In this document: in pieces, positions 49,479-59,780 of the stretch | How the letters are laid out: every line of letters starts with the position of its first letter | Position numbering within the stretch: position 1 is the stretch's first letter | Source of the DNA: a virus | Taxonomy: Duplodnaviria; Caudoviricetes | Virus record (IMG/VR): IMGVR_UViG_3300020578_003649 | Coordinates: 1 to 61,932 of that record | Strand: one strand, 5' to 3' | DNA length: 61,932 nt | Notes under the pieces: model-generated | The model's input: only the letters and a program-made list of their open reading frames with translations | Told to the model about the DNA's origin: nothing | Databases searched by the model: none | Made by a program: the position numbers and the translations under genes

Positions 49479-49696
49479 TATTTTTTAATTTTTATGGGTT
49501 GAAATTCTTCCGGGATAGCACCACAATCGTCACATCTAAATACTGGAATTGGTACCATAGTATCTTTATCGTTTCCTGTTAAAAACTTAGAAACTTTATT
49601 AATTGCCATAACTTGACGAAAATACAATCCGTCACATTCTTTGCATTGAATTGGTTGCATATCGTTAGGACCAATATTAACATTCATTTTACTCAT
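49478..49696 (-). CDS. zinc-ribbon protein
   Basis: CKEC...CDDCG. Confidence 0.75.
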   Translation of the reverse strand: MSKMNVNIGPNDMQPIQCKECDGLYFRQVMAINKVSKFLTGNDKDTMVPIPVFRCDDCGAIPEEFQPIKIKK

Positions 49697-50619
49697 ATTT
49701 CTCCTAATAAATTTACAAACATTGCCATAATATTAATTTCTTTATCTACAACCGATGCATCTTTGTATTGTGCTTCTGCTATAATTAAAATACACGGAGC
49801 TACATGACCAGTTCCCCAATCATCTAATGTATCATAAAGAAATGTATATAATGGAGTGAAATCTTTTACTTTGCTATCTGCAATCGTTTGACGAATTTTA
49901 TTGAACGATGCTTTTTTGTCTTTAGCATTCTTTAATACCTCTAGAATTTCAGTCATATAATTTGCTTGAATAGCACTTGCTTTATCTAATTGTAATTTTC
50001 CATTAACTACAGATGCTTGTGCTGCATTAATTGCACGGCGGATATCTGGGTATGATGCATTGATAATTGCTGCAACATCTTTAATATCATATTCAACACC
50101 TTTATCTTCTAAAACTGTAACTAAACGTTTAGCTACATCTGTTTTGCTAGGCGGGGTGATTGCAAATGTTTGACAACGAGATTGAATTGGATCGATAATC
50201 TTTTCTACATAGTTACATGTAAGGATAAACCGTGTTGTTTTGCTATACGTTTCCATCAAGTTACGCAATGCTGCTTGTGCATTTGGTGTTAAATAATCAG
50301 CTTCATCTAAAATGATAATTTTCCAACGACGAAACCCAACTGTCGATGCATATCTTTTAATTTTATCTCGCACTGCATCTACTGAGTTTTCGTCTGATGC
50401 ATTAATATACATTAAGTCAGCATCAACGCTATTTGCGATAATCTTTGCCAAGGTAGTTTTACCAGTACCAGCTGAACCATAAAATAACAAATGCGGAACA
50501 TCTCCATTTTCAATGAAAATTTTAACTTTTTCAATGATGTGTTCATTACCAATATAACCTTCTAACGTATCCGGGCGAAATGATTCAACCCAAAGTGTAT
50601 TTTCTTGTTGTTTAAACAT
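49693..50619 (-). CDS. clamp loader ATPase subunit (RFC small / T4 gp44-like)
   Basis: WVESFRP, GSAGTGKTT, INASD, LDEAD, QSRC. Confidence 0.95.
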   Translation of the reverse strand: MFKQQENTLWVESFRPDTLEGYIGNEHIIEKVKIFIENGDVPHLLFYGSAGTGKTTLAKIIANSVDADLMYINASDENSVDAVRDKIKRYASTVGFRRWKIIILDEADYLTPNAQAALRNLMETYSKTTRFILTCNYVEKIIDPIQSRCQTFAITPPSKTDVAKRLVTVLEDKGVEYDIKDVAAIINASYPDIRRAINAAQASVVNGKLQLDKASAIQANYMTEILEVLKNAKDKKASFNKIRQTIADSKVKDFTPLYTFLYDTLDDWGTGHVAPCILIIAEAQYKDASVVDKEINIMAMFVNLLGEI

Positions 50620-50624
50620 ATTTT

Positions 50625-51053
50625 TTATTTACCTGTTGATCCGAAACCTTTTTCTCCACGCTTTGTGCCACCGATAAGTGAGCCTACTGCCTGCCAAGCA
50701 ATATGTTCAACTTTAGCTAATACTAATTGCGCAATTCGTTCGCCGATTTTAACTTGAAAATCTTCAGTTCCATGATTAATTAATATTACTCCTAATTCTC
50801 CACGATAATCTGAATCAATTGTGCCTGGACTATTTAATACAGTTACACTATATTTAAGTGCTAAACCACTTCTAGGTCTTACTTGTATTTCATAACCATA
50901 TGGAATTTCAACATATAATCCAGTTTTAATTAAAGCAGTTTTACCAGGTTCAATAATTACATTGTCATTGCTTCTAATATCCATTCCAACACTTCCCCCG
51001 GTTTCATACTGAGGGAGAGCATTGGCTGATTTATTTACTATCTTTATTAACAT
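50625..51053 (-). CDS. dut: trimeric dUTPase
   Basis: GMD, RPRSGLA, GTIDSDYRGE, RIAQLV, RGEKGFGSTG. Confidence 0.97.
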   Translation of the reverse strand: MLIKIVNKSANALPQYETGGSVGMDIRSNDNVIIEPGKTALIKTGLYVEIPYGYEIQVRPRSGLALKYSVTVLNSPGTIDSDYRGELGVILINHGTEDFQVKIGERIAQLVLAKVEHIAWQAVGSLIGGTKRGEKGFGSTGK

Positions 51054-51673
51054 TTATATAATTTATTTCTTAAAATATTTTCTTTCCATGGAATAAATCT
51101 TAAATTAGATATATCTCCAATAATATTAGGATCAATATTATCGCGGAAACCTTCGGATATCGGAATAATATGATCTAATTGATAATTATCGGTACCTTTT
51201 TTTGCTTTTCCGCGGTTTTCATGAAATTCTAAAGTATGTATTGCTTGTCGTTTTGTTATTTTATGAACTTCATTATAATATTTCTTTTTTTCGGATAATA
51301 CCTGCTCATATTCTATTTCACTTAAATTAGTTGCTAAACTATTTTGCATTCCTAATGATATATTATATCCATTCGGAATACGTTTTTTAGTTTCATATGC
51401 TTTTAGTAAACCTTCTGAAATTTTTTGCTTATGTATTATGCCTTTTGGTTTACCTGTCCAATATCCAATACAACCTGTATTTTTTTCTGAAACTGTTTTT
51501 TTCCTTTCTTCCGTTTTAGGTTTGCCGTATGATGGATTTTTTTCATTCAATTTTGAACAACTATAACATTCCCATTCTTGCATACGCTTTAACAAACCTG
51601 GAGTCATTCTTTTTGCTTTAGAATATTTAGGTGATCCGCAATTTGGGCAGTCACAAACATAATACCGTTCCAT
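51047..51673 (-). mobile_element. free-standing HNH homing endonuclease with NUMOD3-like repeats
   Basis: NPSYGKPKTEERKKTVS; YQLDHIIPIS...NLRFIPWKEN; sits between clamp and dUTPase with its own ATATTTAT. Confidence 0.75.
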
Positions 51674-51730
51674 ATTAACCTTTTAAATAAATATCATACG
51701 GTATTAGTTTTGTAACATTACTTTCCAAAT

Positions 51731-52441
51731 TTAATTCTGCAACATCACAAGCCAATATGTAGATTCAAAATCCGAACCAGTAAAATCAATACGAGCTAAA
51801 CCATCCGGAGATACCTTAAGATAACCAGAATCTCCTCGATTTGCTACAAGAACTTCTTTTAGTTTATCTGCAGAGAAACAAACCGGATCCATTGAGTTTT
51901 GATTTGCTGCTCCAACTTCAAATGAAATATTATCTGCATTTACGGTTGAATAATTGATAATGAATTTAATTTGTCCATTAACAATTTGAACTGCAAAGTT
52001 TTTCGCATCTGGTAATGCATTCTTTGCTTTAATGAATTTACTGATAAATTCTTCATTAACTGGAATGGTTACTTCATAATCTGGTTCTGCATTGATTGAA
52101 GGCACTGCTGGAATAACTGTCGTATCAGCCAACATAAAAGTTGCTTTAGTTGTTCCTTCTGAAATTTTCATTGCATAATTCTTACCAGCTGCATTTTGAA
52201 CTTCAATTTCAATATTCTCATTCAATGCACCAAGCATTTTAATTAATGCGCCGGTATGATTAATACCTAACATACCTGTCATAAATGGAGTGGTATTCCA
52301 TTTAATTTTACCTACAATGGTTTGATCCATATCAATTAGTTCACAACCAATTGATCCTTCTTGTTCTTTCAACGTAACCGCTTCGCAATTTCCTGCTAAG
52401 TAGTAACGATTAATAAACGATTGTAACTTGCTTTTTTCCAT
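51731..52441 (-). CDS. DNA sliding clamp (gp45/PCNA-like)
   Basis: 236 aa, two-domain beta-rich pattern, LADTTVIP linker, STYWLV end; near clamp loader. Confidence 0.75.
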   Translation of the reverse strand: MEKSKLQSFINRYYLAGNCEAVTLKEQEGSIGCELIDMDQTIVGKIKWNTTPFMTGMLGINHTGALIKMLGALNENIEIEVQNAAGKNYAMKISEGTTKATFMLADTTVIPAVPSINAEPDYEVTIPVNEEFISKFIKAKNALPDAKNFAVQIVNGQIKFIINYSTVNADNISFEVGAANQNSMDPVCFSADKLKEVLVANRGDSGYLKVSPDGLARIDFTGSDFESTYWLVMLQN

Positions 52442-52454
52442 TTTTTATTTCCAA

Positions 52455-53714
52455 TTAAAAAGTAAAGAATTTATTAAATTGTTCTGCATCGGTAGTTGAA
52501 ATACTGCTACCACCGAATTTTTTATATGTTTTGATGTATTTCTCATATACTTGAGGTGCGTTGTCTGGATCTGCAAACATTTCGTGTAATGATAAAACTA
52601 CATCATATAAATCTTTTGGAATTACTGTTTCTAGCAATTCAACGTGACTATCAACTAATTGATTGATTTCATTTGCAGCTTGTACATATAAATGTGTATT
52701 ATGTACAACCATTCTAGGCATAGCTTCTTGTGAATATCTATCTAAGCCTTCTGGCGTTTTTCCGCCTAATAATTCATAGGTAAAATCTGAGCATGCTGGG
52801 CAATTCATTGCGCAAGGTACGTGCTGAGTTAAATCAATTGCAACTTCGCCTGTCTTACCTTGTTTGATATGTGACTTTCTGCGGTATTCTGCATTCTTTG
52901 GAAAATATAATTCAGAGAATGTTTGTGTTTTATAATTCGTAGAATGAAGATACGTTCCAAATACCGGATATTGACCTGGAGAACTAGAATCTGTTGTAAT
53001 ATAAATTCTATTGCCTGTCAATTCATTCATTAACTTTTGCAATGTTGCTAAAATAAAGAAATCTGAAATTTTACTAATACCAAGTAAGTGAACATATTCT
53101 AATCGTTTATTTTCAAATTCTCTTTCTTTAAGCATCAAAGATACCGCAAACATAAAATCTACTAATTTTTGCGGACCTCCGATTGCCCAACCTTGAAAAT
53201 CAAAATGTTTAAATTTATGATACCACCAAGTATACTCATCTGTATTAGAACCTTGTAACATGTTCAAAAACTTAGTTTTGCCACTTTGATGTTTTTCAAA
53301 CCAAGCAAAGTTATCATAACTAATATCGGCACACTCAGCGAATTTGTTTTTATATTTTGTCTTGGGTGGAATATCGAGATTTGCTGCTACATCACTATTA
53401 GCTTCTAACCAATGAAAAATCTTTTCTCGCAATTCGTTACTATATGGTAATGCACCAGTTGCAATCTGATAACCGCCTGAGTCGCCAAATACTAATACAT
53501 CTTTTTCTAATCCTAATTGATCACGAAAATCCATTTTCTTGTAATGATGCCCTGCCGTAATCAAGAAATATGGATGACGCCATTTTTCTGGATAACGGGA
53601 ATCAAAGAACTTTACGGGATCGCCGTTTGTAAACTTCATATCTTTCTTAAATGCAGATACCATGGAACCTGCAGATAAAGATGGAAAGTATATGAATCTT
53701 TTGTTATCGCTCAT
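52455..53714 (-). CDS. dpdA: TGT-fold guanine transglycosylase, probable DNA 7-deazaguanine insertase
   Basis: GDSGGYQ, LDIPP, LQG, GWAIGG, VHLLG, DSSS, C..CPAC...HN; clustered with folE/queD/queE and replisome. Confidence 0.75.
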   Translation of the reverse strand: MSDNKRFIYFPSLSAGSMVSAFKKDMKFTNGDPVKFFDSRYPEKWRHPYFLITAGHHYKKMDFRDQLGLEKDVLVFGDSGGYQIATGALPYSNELREKIFHWLEANSDVAANLDIPPKTKYKNKFAECADISYDNFAWFEKHQSGKTKFLNMLQGSNTDEYTWWYHKFKHFDFQGWAIGGPQKLVDFMFAVSLMLKEREFENKRLEYVHLLGISKISDFFILATLQKLMNELTGNRIYITTDSSSPGQYPVFGTYLHSTNYKTQTFSELYFPKNAEYRRKSHIKQGKTGEVAIDLTQHVPCAMNCPACSDFTYELLGGKTPEGLDRYSQEAMPRMVVHNTHLYVQAANEINQLVDSHVELLETVIPKDLYDVVLSLHEMFADPDNAPQVYEKYIKTYKKFGGSSISTTDAEQFNKFFTF

Positions 53715-54729
53715 TATATTCCTTTAAATTATTAATTAAGTGTGTTGCCGAAAAAAAGTTATTATGTAATTTATCTACCAAATTAGCAATCTGTTCTGAT
53801 AAATCTTGTTGTTCATATTTTAATATTGCTTGAACTGTCTCATCTACAGTGTCTGCTTGTTTAAACATAGGGTGATACATTTCCGTATATGATAATCGAT
53901 TTGGAACAATTGGACATGCTCCAGCACAAGCCGATTCATACATAGAAATACCCAATGTTTCTTGATCTGCAAATGATACTGCAAATTTAGATCTTTGAAG
54001 CAATTCATGATATTCTTTTTTAGTTAAATTTATTTCCATTGCAACACAAAATTGATAATGTGCTAATTCAGGTCGTGATGCTAATTCTTGAAATAAATCT
54101 AAACGTTTCTCTGGGGCTATGCGATGCGGAAATACAATTATATCTTGTTTTTGCTGCCATGAAACAAATTGAATTATATCTCGTGTATATTCCATTGGCC
54201 AACCCGTACGATTAAATGTCGGATTCAAAAAGACATCATATGTTTTACACATCAAATCAAAATGTGCTTTAGTTGCAATCCAATTGTGATCATATGCGCC
54301 AATCATTGCTTGTTCAGTGTGTCTAATCCATGATTTATCTCCTACGAGACGACCTAAAAAATCATTTGGGTCATATGAACCCGCGTGCCATAAACCGTGT
54401 GTTACAACAGGTATATTTAAAAGCTCACTCATGTATTTTACATTGATAATGCCCGGGTGCCAAGCATCTGTAAAAATGATATGGTCGCCGGTTTGTATAT
54501 GACCTTTAGTAAACATATATGATAAAGTATGCACTTGCTTTGCTTTATACATATTAGTGCCACCGAAGTTTAAAAAGGCACCTGGTGTCGTTGCTTCTGG
54601 AATATTTAAATCTCCTTCAACTACAATAACTTCAAACCCAGCGTCTTCTAATAACTTCGGTACATGTGTCTTCCATTCGCAAGTATAACGAGTAGGAACT
54701 GATTCTATGTCAACTAAAAATATTTTCAT
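53704..54729 (-). CDS. GT-B (GT4-like) glycosyltransferase
   Basis: FPHRIAPEK, QETLGISMYE, PNRLSY.EM; start moved to MKIFLVD. Confidence 0.8.
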   Translation of the reverse strand: MKIFLVDIESVPTRYTCEWKTHVPKLLEDAGFEVIVVEGDLNIPEATTPGAFLNFGGTNMYKAKQVHTLSYMFTKGHIQTGDHIIFTDAWHPGIINVKYMSELLNIPVVTHGLWHAGSYDPNDFLGRLVGDKSWIRHTEQAMIGAYDHNWIATKAHFDLMCKTYDVFLNPTFNRTGWPMEYTRDIIQFVSWQQKQDIIVFPHRIAPEKRLDLFQELASRPELAHYQFCVAMEINLTKKEYHELLQRSKFAVSFADQETLGISMYESACAGACPIVPNRLSYTEMYHPMFKQADTVDETVQAILKYEQQDLSEQIANLVDKLHNNFFSATHLINNLKEYNER

Positions 54730-54730
54730 A

Positions 54731-55081
54731 TTATCTTTCAATGATTGCACCATTTTCCCAATCTTCCCAAACTTCTACTTTGTATAATTCTGGAAATCTC
54801 CATAACAACCATTCGCCAATTTTTTCACATGACATCGCACCAAATTCTAATACATTGATAACGCCAGTTTCAAATTGTCGTTGTAGTTGCGATTTTATTT
54901 CACGATTCAATAAAATAAACTCTTTATCGCGATCTGTGTGAGTTACTTTAGCATAACAACGGAAACCAAACATGTGTCGATGTCTATCTGATAAGAATGC
55001 TACTTCCGGAAATATGTCTTTTGCAGCAGGCCAATTATGAAAGCCTTCCATGCTAAATGTTACTACTACGCTGTATTTCAT
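54731..55081 (-). CDS. dpdL: QueD-paralogous T-fold protein, DpdL-like (predicted CDG decarboxylase)
   Basis: EGFHNW, LSDRHRHMF (LxxxHRHxF), SCE, VEVWED. Confidence 0.65.
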   Translation of the reverse strand: MKYSVVVTFSMEGFHNWPAAKDIFPEVAFLSDRHRHMFGFRCYAKVTHTDRDKEFILLNREIKSQLQRQFETGVINVLEFGAMSCEKIGEWLLWRFPELYKVEVWEDWENGAIIER

Positions 55082-55469
55082 CTGCTATTAATTTTTTAAA
55101 TTTAGTTGTAGACCAACCATGATTTCTATTTAAATAATGTATTGGAATATGTAGTTCCTTGCCGGTAAATTCTGCGGATATATAATCATCTCCTAGAAAT
55201 CTTACATCTGGTTCAATTGAACGTAATAAAAATGTTAATTCGGCTTCTGTATTGTAAGTTAAAATCATACAACCTTTAACCATATATGTTAACATTTCAC
55301 GTCGCTCTGCTATAGATAAAACTGGTTTTAGTTTTGTAGGTCGTTCGATTGTCGGATCATCATGTAATAATATTATTAGTTGATCGCAGTTTTCTTGACA
55401 TTGTTTAAACATATGAATATAACCTGGGTGTATACAATCAAAGTTACCTGCTATAACACCCGTCTTCAT
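55053..55469 (-). CDS. cytidylyltransferase-like protein (TagD/RfaE family)
   Basis: GNFDCIHPGY, KPV...ER, LGDDY, WSTT. Confidence 0.85.
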   Translation of the reverse strand: MKTGVIAGNFDCIHPGYIHMFKQCQENCDQLIILLHDDPTIERPTKLKPVLSIAERREMLTYMVKGCMILTYNTEAELTFLLRSIEPDVRFLGDDYISAEFTGKELHIPIHYLNRNHGWSTTKFKKLIADEIQRSSNI

Positions 55470-55915
55470 TGTTCGTATCTATCAAATTTATAATCATCTG
55501 GCAATACTTGTTGCATATTATGCACTGTCGTACAATATAATGAATAATCATTATATACAACTTTAATGCTATCTGTTTTCTTTAACAACCCAGCATCCTT
55601 CTCATTAAGCATTAACAATATATGAGCTCTGATACGAATCATAGGTGGAATCTTTTCAAGCATACCTGGTTCGACTTCGATCGAGACAAATTGTTTGTCT
55701 GACATCATATTGAATATATTGTTCCAATCAAAACCTTTGATTTGATTATTTACCAATTGTTTAGTTGCTGGAGAACAAATATAAACGTGTGCTACAGGTT
55801 TCCAAATTTCTTTACCTAATACTAATGTATTAAAATCGGAAACAAACATTGTTTCTACGTCAGTAAATCGTCCTTCAACTTCTTTACCAAACCATATGCT
55901 TTTATAACCAATCAT
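55466..55915 (-). CDS. hypothetical protein, first gene of the dpd operon
   Basis: WFGKEVEG...ETMFV; class I promoter at ~55918-55949. Confidence 0.75.
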   Translation of the reverse strand: MIGYKSIWFGKEVEGRFTDVETMFVSDFNTLVLGKEIWKPVAHVYICSPATKQLVNNQIKGFDWNNIFNMMSDKQFVSIEVEPGMLEKIPPMIRIRAHILLMLNEKDAGLLKKTDSIKVVYNDYSLYCTTVHNMQQVLPDDYKFDRYEQ

Positions 55916-55938
55916 ACTATATTATAATAAATTTATTA

Positions 55939-58455
55939 TTATTTTCCAAATGAAAAGAATTTAGCTACGTTATTATTTTCAGGAAATGCTCCCCAATTCA
56001 TTGCAGCATAAAAATCATCAAGTTTATTTTTTAATTCTTTTTCAAAAATTTTATTTCTATCAATATATTGTTCAACGAAATCTGCAATAACTTTTGGATC
56101 TTGGTAACCTCGCAATGCAATAGTATCAAAGCCATATGGATTATCTGACAAATAAGCCCATTTAACTTTTTCGCCGTCTGTTATCATTTCTACATCTGTT
56201 ATTTTATGCATTGATAACAAATCATTAAAATTGATTGCAGCTTTAACGTGTGCTGGAGTACCCGATAAATAACCTGTAAATGGTTTACGACGTTTAGTAT
56301 ATTTAGAAATTTCTTTTACTCCGGAGTTTTTCATTACATTGAGTATTGGAGATTTCTTAAGATCTGTTTTAAATTTATGGATCATATCCGTAGTTTGAGT
56401 TTTATCTCGTTCTTTAAGAATATGCCATAATGTTTCTTTCATGATCTTTTTAAAATCTTCCGGAAAGCTTGATCTAACAACATCTAATCCTTTGATATCT
56501 AATTTATCCGTAGATTTGCCTTCTTTGAAAATTACCCATTGTGCATATCGTTTCTTTGCAATCCATAAACCAGACTTTGCAACATATTCTTGTTTAATTT
56601 GCCAACGATGTGTTGCTGTATTATGGAAAACTTCAGCATAACGATCATACATTTTATTAACTAATGCTTGAACTTCAGATGCAATTGTATTTGTTTGATC
56701 AATCATAAATTGTTCATCCGATTCATCAAATCCTGGAAATCGTTTTTTAATTAATGGCAAACTGGATACAAAGGTTGAATCTGTATCAGTATAAAATGCA
56801 AATTCTGCTTTGCCATTTGTTGCATTAATAAAATGATCTTGACCTGTTTCTTTTGCATAATGATTATTGATAACCTTTGCAGAAAATTTAATTACTGCTT
56901 GACCGGTTGCTGTAATAGCACCTGCATTATCTAAATCATGGAAACGAAATGTCTTAAGTCCTAATACTCCATAAAATGAATTGAGCAATACTTTTTGTGT
57001 TAATTGAAGTGCATCATAAAATTTATATTGTTCAGAACCAACTTCAAATTCATCTCGTTTATCTTTATAAATAACACGCTCCTCAAACCATTTTTCTAGA
57101 ATGGTTGGTAAGAATCCTTTACGAGCCGTTTGATATACAGTACCATTACTTGCAACTGTATAACTATTATCTAATAGCCACGCTTTAACGTGTAGGATAT
57201 GTGTACCATCTTGCAATGTTACTTCTTGTGGTTTTGATTTTAACAAACATTCTTGATCCCAATTTTTAATAACACCTATTTTAGTTTCTGGAGAAATATT
57301 AAGTGTCATGATAATACTTGGATATAGTGATGTTAAATCTAAGTCATATATCCATTTATACAAACCTGGGACAGGATCTTTTACATATGCTCCTGCTAAT
57401 GCATCTGCTTCAGTTTCTTCTTCAATAAATCTAAATTGTTTATTTGGTGCAACTAATCCATTGCGTTTTAAATCCACGATAGCAGCACCATCTAAATATT
57501 TAGATGCATAATAAACATCTTCATACGGAACATGTCCTTTATGACATATGGTTCGAGCAAGATTAAGAAGTTGTGTCTTTTCATCTAGATCTTGAACTAG
57601 ATTAACGTCAACCATGTTATATTCAACAAACTTGTGAATATTAGTTGCAAAAAGTTGATTTAAATCTCCTTCATATTCAACTTTGCCTCGACCTAATTCA
57701 AATTTAGCAACTGTGTCTAAACGATAATTTGGAAGTTCTGTATATGTAAATTTTTTATAAAGTGTCAAATAATCTAAACTTGATACCCCGAAGATTTTAT
57801 ATCGTTCACGATTCTTGTTCCATTCAACAATTCCTGCTGGAGATAATTTTTTTATTGACTGTGCACCTAATACATTTTTACAACGATTAATAAGATATGG
57901 GATATCATAATTGTCTGTATTCCATCCTGTGATAACCGTTGGTTGAACTGCTGCAAATATATTAATAAAACGTGTTAACATATCTGCTTCACTACGAAAT
58001 ATTTCTACTTCATAATCAGTTTCTGAAAAACCGGTTGTTGTAACTCGTTTTTCTTCATCTAATAACAATACTCTGCGGTCATTACCGGCTTTATCATAAT
58101 ATGCAATAGATGTAATTTTTAATCGAGCTTCTACTGGTGTTGAATAACCATTTTCATCTCGCTCAGACTCAATATCAAAGAAAAAGTCTCGATGTCCTTT
58201 TGATGGCTCATCTGATTCATAATACAAATCAATCAATGTTCGTACTTCTTCATTTAAATCAGATTCATATGCCGTTCGATTGTCTTTGTGATTGCCAGGT
58301 ACTTTATTTAAAATTGCACCATCTAATGATTTATATTGTCCGTTTGAATCTGGTAAATATGCATATGGTTGAAATGTAAACTTTTGATGTCCCAATTCAT
58401 CATCCCACACGTGCATGATACCATTCTTTTTATCGTAACCTATTGATTGGTACAT
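55939..58455 (-). CDS. family B DNA polymerase
   Basis: ExoI FDIE, ExoII GWNTDNYD, DLTSLYPS, K..LNSFYG, YTDTDS, KKRY. Confidence 0.97.
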   Translation of the reverse strand: MYQSIGYDKKNGIMHVWDDELGHQKFTFQPYAYLPDSNGQYKSLDGAILNKVPGNHKDNRTAYESDLNEEVRTLIDLYYESDEPSKGHRDFFFDIESERDENGYSTPVEARLKITSIAYYDKAGNDRRVLLLDEEKRVTTTGFSETDYEVEIFRSEADMLTRFINIFAAVQPTVITGWNTDNYDIPYLINRCKNVLGAQSIKKLSPAGIVEWNKNRERYKIFGVSSLDYLTLYKKFTYTELPNYRLDTVAKFELGRGKVEYEGDLNQLFATNIHKFVEYNMVDVNLVQDLDEKTQLLNLARTICHKGHVPYEDVYYASKYLDGAAIVDLKRNGLVAPNKQFRFIEEETEADALAGAYVKDPVPGLYKWIYDLDLTSLYPSIIMTLNISPETKIGVIKNWDQECLLKSKPQEVTLQDGTHILHVKAWLLDNSYTVASNGTVYQTARKGFLPTILEKWFEERVIYKDKRDEFEVGSEQYKFYDALQLTQKVLLNSFYGVLGLKTFRFHDLDNAGAITATGQAVIKFSAKVINNHYAKETGQDHFINATNGKAEFAFYTDTDSTFVSSLPLIKKRFPGFDESDEQFMIDQTNTIASEVQALVNKMYDRYAEVFHNTATHRWQIKQEYVAKSGLWIAKKRYAQWVIFKEGKSTDKLDIKGLDVVRSSFPEDFKKIMKETLWHILKERDKTQTTDMIHKFKTDLKKSPILNVMKNSGVKEISKYTKRRKPFTGYLSGTPAHVKAAINFNDLLSMHKITDVEMITDGEKVKWAYLSDNPYGFDTIALRGYQDPKVIADFVEQYIDRNKIFEKELKNKLDDFYAAMNWGAFPENNNVAKFFSFGK

Positions 58456-58458
58456 ATA

Positions 58459-58962
58459 TTATATTTCGTAAATATCTAATAATTCTCGTTTAATTCCGTT
58501 ATCGTCAAGCCCATAACCCACTACCCATTGGTCTTCAATTTCAAATGCATAAAAATCTGTCATGAGCGGACTAGATTTTCTTTTAAGCAATGTTACTACT
58601 TTAACATCGGCAGCATATCGAGAATTAACTAAATGCAATGCTTCAAACATTGTAGCACCCGTATCTAAAATATCATCTACAATATAAACTCGTTTACCAT
58701 GTAAATCTAATTCAATGTCTTTGATTACTTTAACTCCGCAGCTGTTGTCTTGTCCTTCATATGATTTTAATCGAATACAATCAATTTCGCAAAAAATTGA
58801 CATCGATCTTGTTAAATCTGAAAAGAAATGTAATGCGCCATTTAACACACAGATCATCACTGGGGGCAGCGCATTGCCAGATTTCATATGATCTACTGAT
58901 ATTGCATCTGCTAATTGTTGAACTCGGTCTCGTATTTGTTCTTTTGTGATGATTTTTTCCAT
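58459..58962 (-). CDS. hpt: hypoxanthine/guanine phosphoribosyltransferase
   Basis: CVLNGA..FFSDL, IVDDILDTGAT, WVVGYGLD. Confidence 0.92.
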   Translation of the reverse strand: MEKIITKEQIRDRVQQLADAISVDHMKSGNALPPVMICVLNGALHFFSDLTRSMSIFCEIDCIRLKSYEGQDNSCGVKVIKDIELDLHGKRVYIVDDILDTGATMFEALHLVNSRYAADVKVVTLLKRKSSPLMTDFYAFEIEDQWVVGYGLDDNGIKRELLDIYEI

Positions 58963-59168
58963 GTTTCGTATATTCCAAATAAATTAATTGAAATGATAAT
59001 AGCACTCAATGCTAAATGACTAAAATTGTCTATGAAGATATCATATGTTATCCAACCAATATCTCCAACAATCCAAGCTATCATAGCCGGCGTTCTTAAA
59101 CATTTAGCATTGAGTATGTATCCTATTAATACTAATAAAGTGCTAATCCAGCCTAATGCTTCAATCAT
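58911..59168 (-). CDS. small three-TM membrane protein (PnuC-like half transporter)
   Basis: GWIST..V..GY...WIVGD..W...GIY.W. Confidence 0.55.
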   Translation of the reverse strand: MIEALGWISTLLVLIGYILNAKCLRTPAMIAWIVGDIGWITYDIFIDNFSHLALSAIIISINLFGIYETWKKSSQKNKYETEFNN

Positions 59169-59464
59169 TGAGCTGAATTTACAAGACCGATTTCAGATTC
59201 GCGAATCAACATATAATCTGTATCATCTAGAATAATACTTTTGTTTTCGCCTAGGTTTGATTTGTATACAAACACTTCATCACCTGTTTTTACTGTCATC
59301 GGAATACGATCTCCAGTTTGCGTAAATAAACCTTGGCCTGTTGCTACAACAACTCCTTTAGTAAAATTCATATCGCGGTCTACTAAGATAATTCCGCCTT
59401 TTGTTTTCTCTGAAACTTTTTCTACTTTAATTAAAACTTGATCTCCAATTGGTGTCCAATTCAT
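59165..59464 (-). CDS. groS: co-chaperonin GroES
   Basis: PIGDQVLI, KTKGGIIL, GVVVATG.G, VKTGD.V, LIRESEI. Confidence 0.93.
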   Translation of the reverse strand: MNWTPIGDQVLIKVEKVSEKTKGGIILVDRDMNFTKGVVVATGQGLFTQTGDRIPMTVKTGDEVFVYKSNLGENKSIILDDTDYMLIRESEIGLVNSAQ

Positions 59465-59476
59465 AACTTATTTCTT

Positions 59477-59725
59477 TTATTGATTAAATAATTCTACAAT
59501 TCTTTCTTGTGTGATGTTATTGCCAATTAACCGGCCTACTTCATTGCCAGCTCGCGTAACGATGATTGTAGGAACATTGCGAATTGAATATTTTCCAACT
59601 GCTTCTGAATTTGTATCTACATCTAAGATAGTTATTGGTAATTGACTTTGCATTGCCTGAATTTGAGGCTTTAACAACTTACATGGGCCGCACCATGTTG
59701 CTGTAAAGTATAATATCTGTTTCAT
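59477..59725 (-). CDS. thioredoxin
   Basis: WCGPC, VPT. Confidence 0.93.
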   Translation of the reverse strand: MKQILYFTATWCGPCKLLKPQIQAMQSQLPITILDVDTNSEAVGKYSIRNVPTIIVTRAGNEVGRLIGNNITQERIVELFNQ

Positions 59726-59780
59726 ACTATATGATATATAATTTTAACATTATTTCCAAATGTTGTTGTTACTGTCCAAT

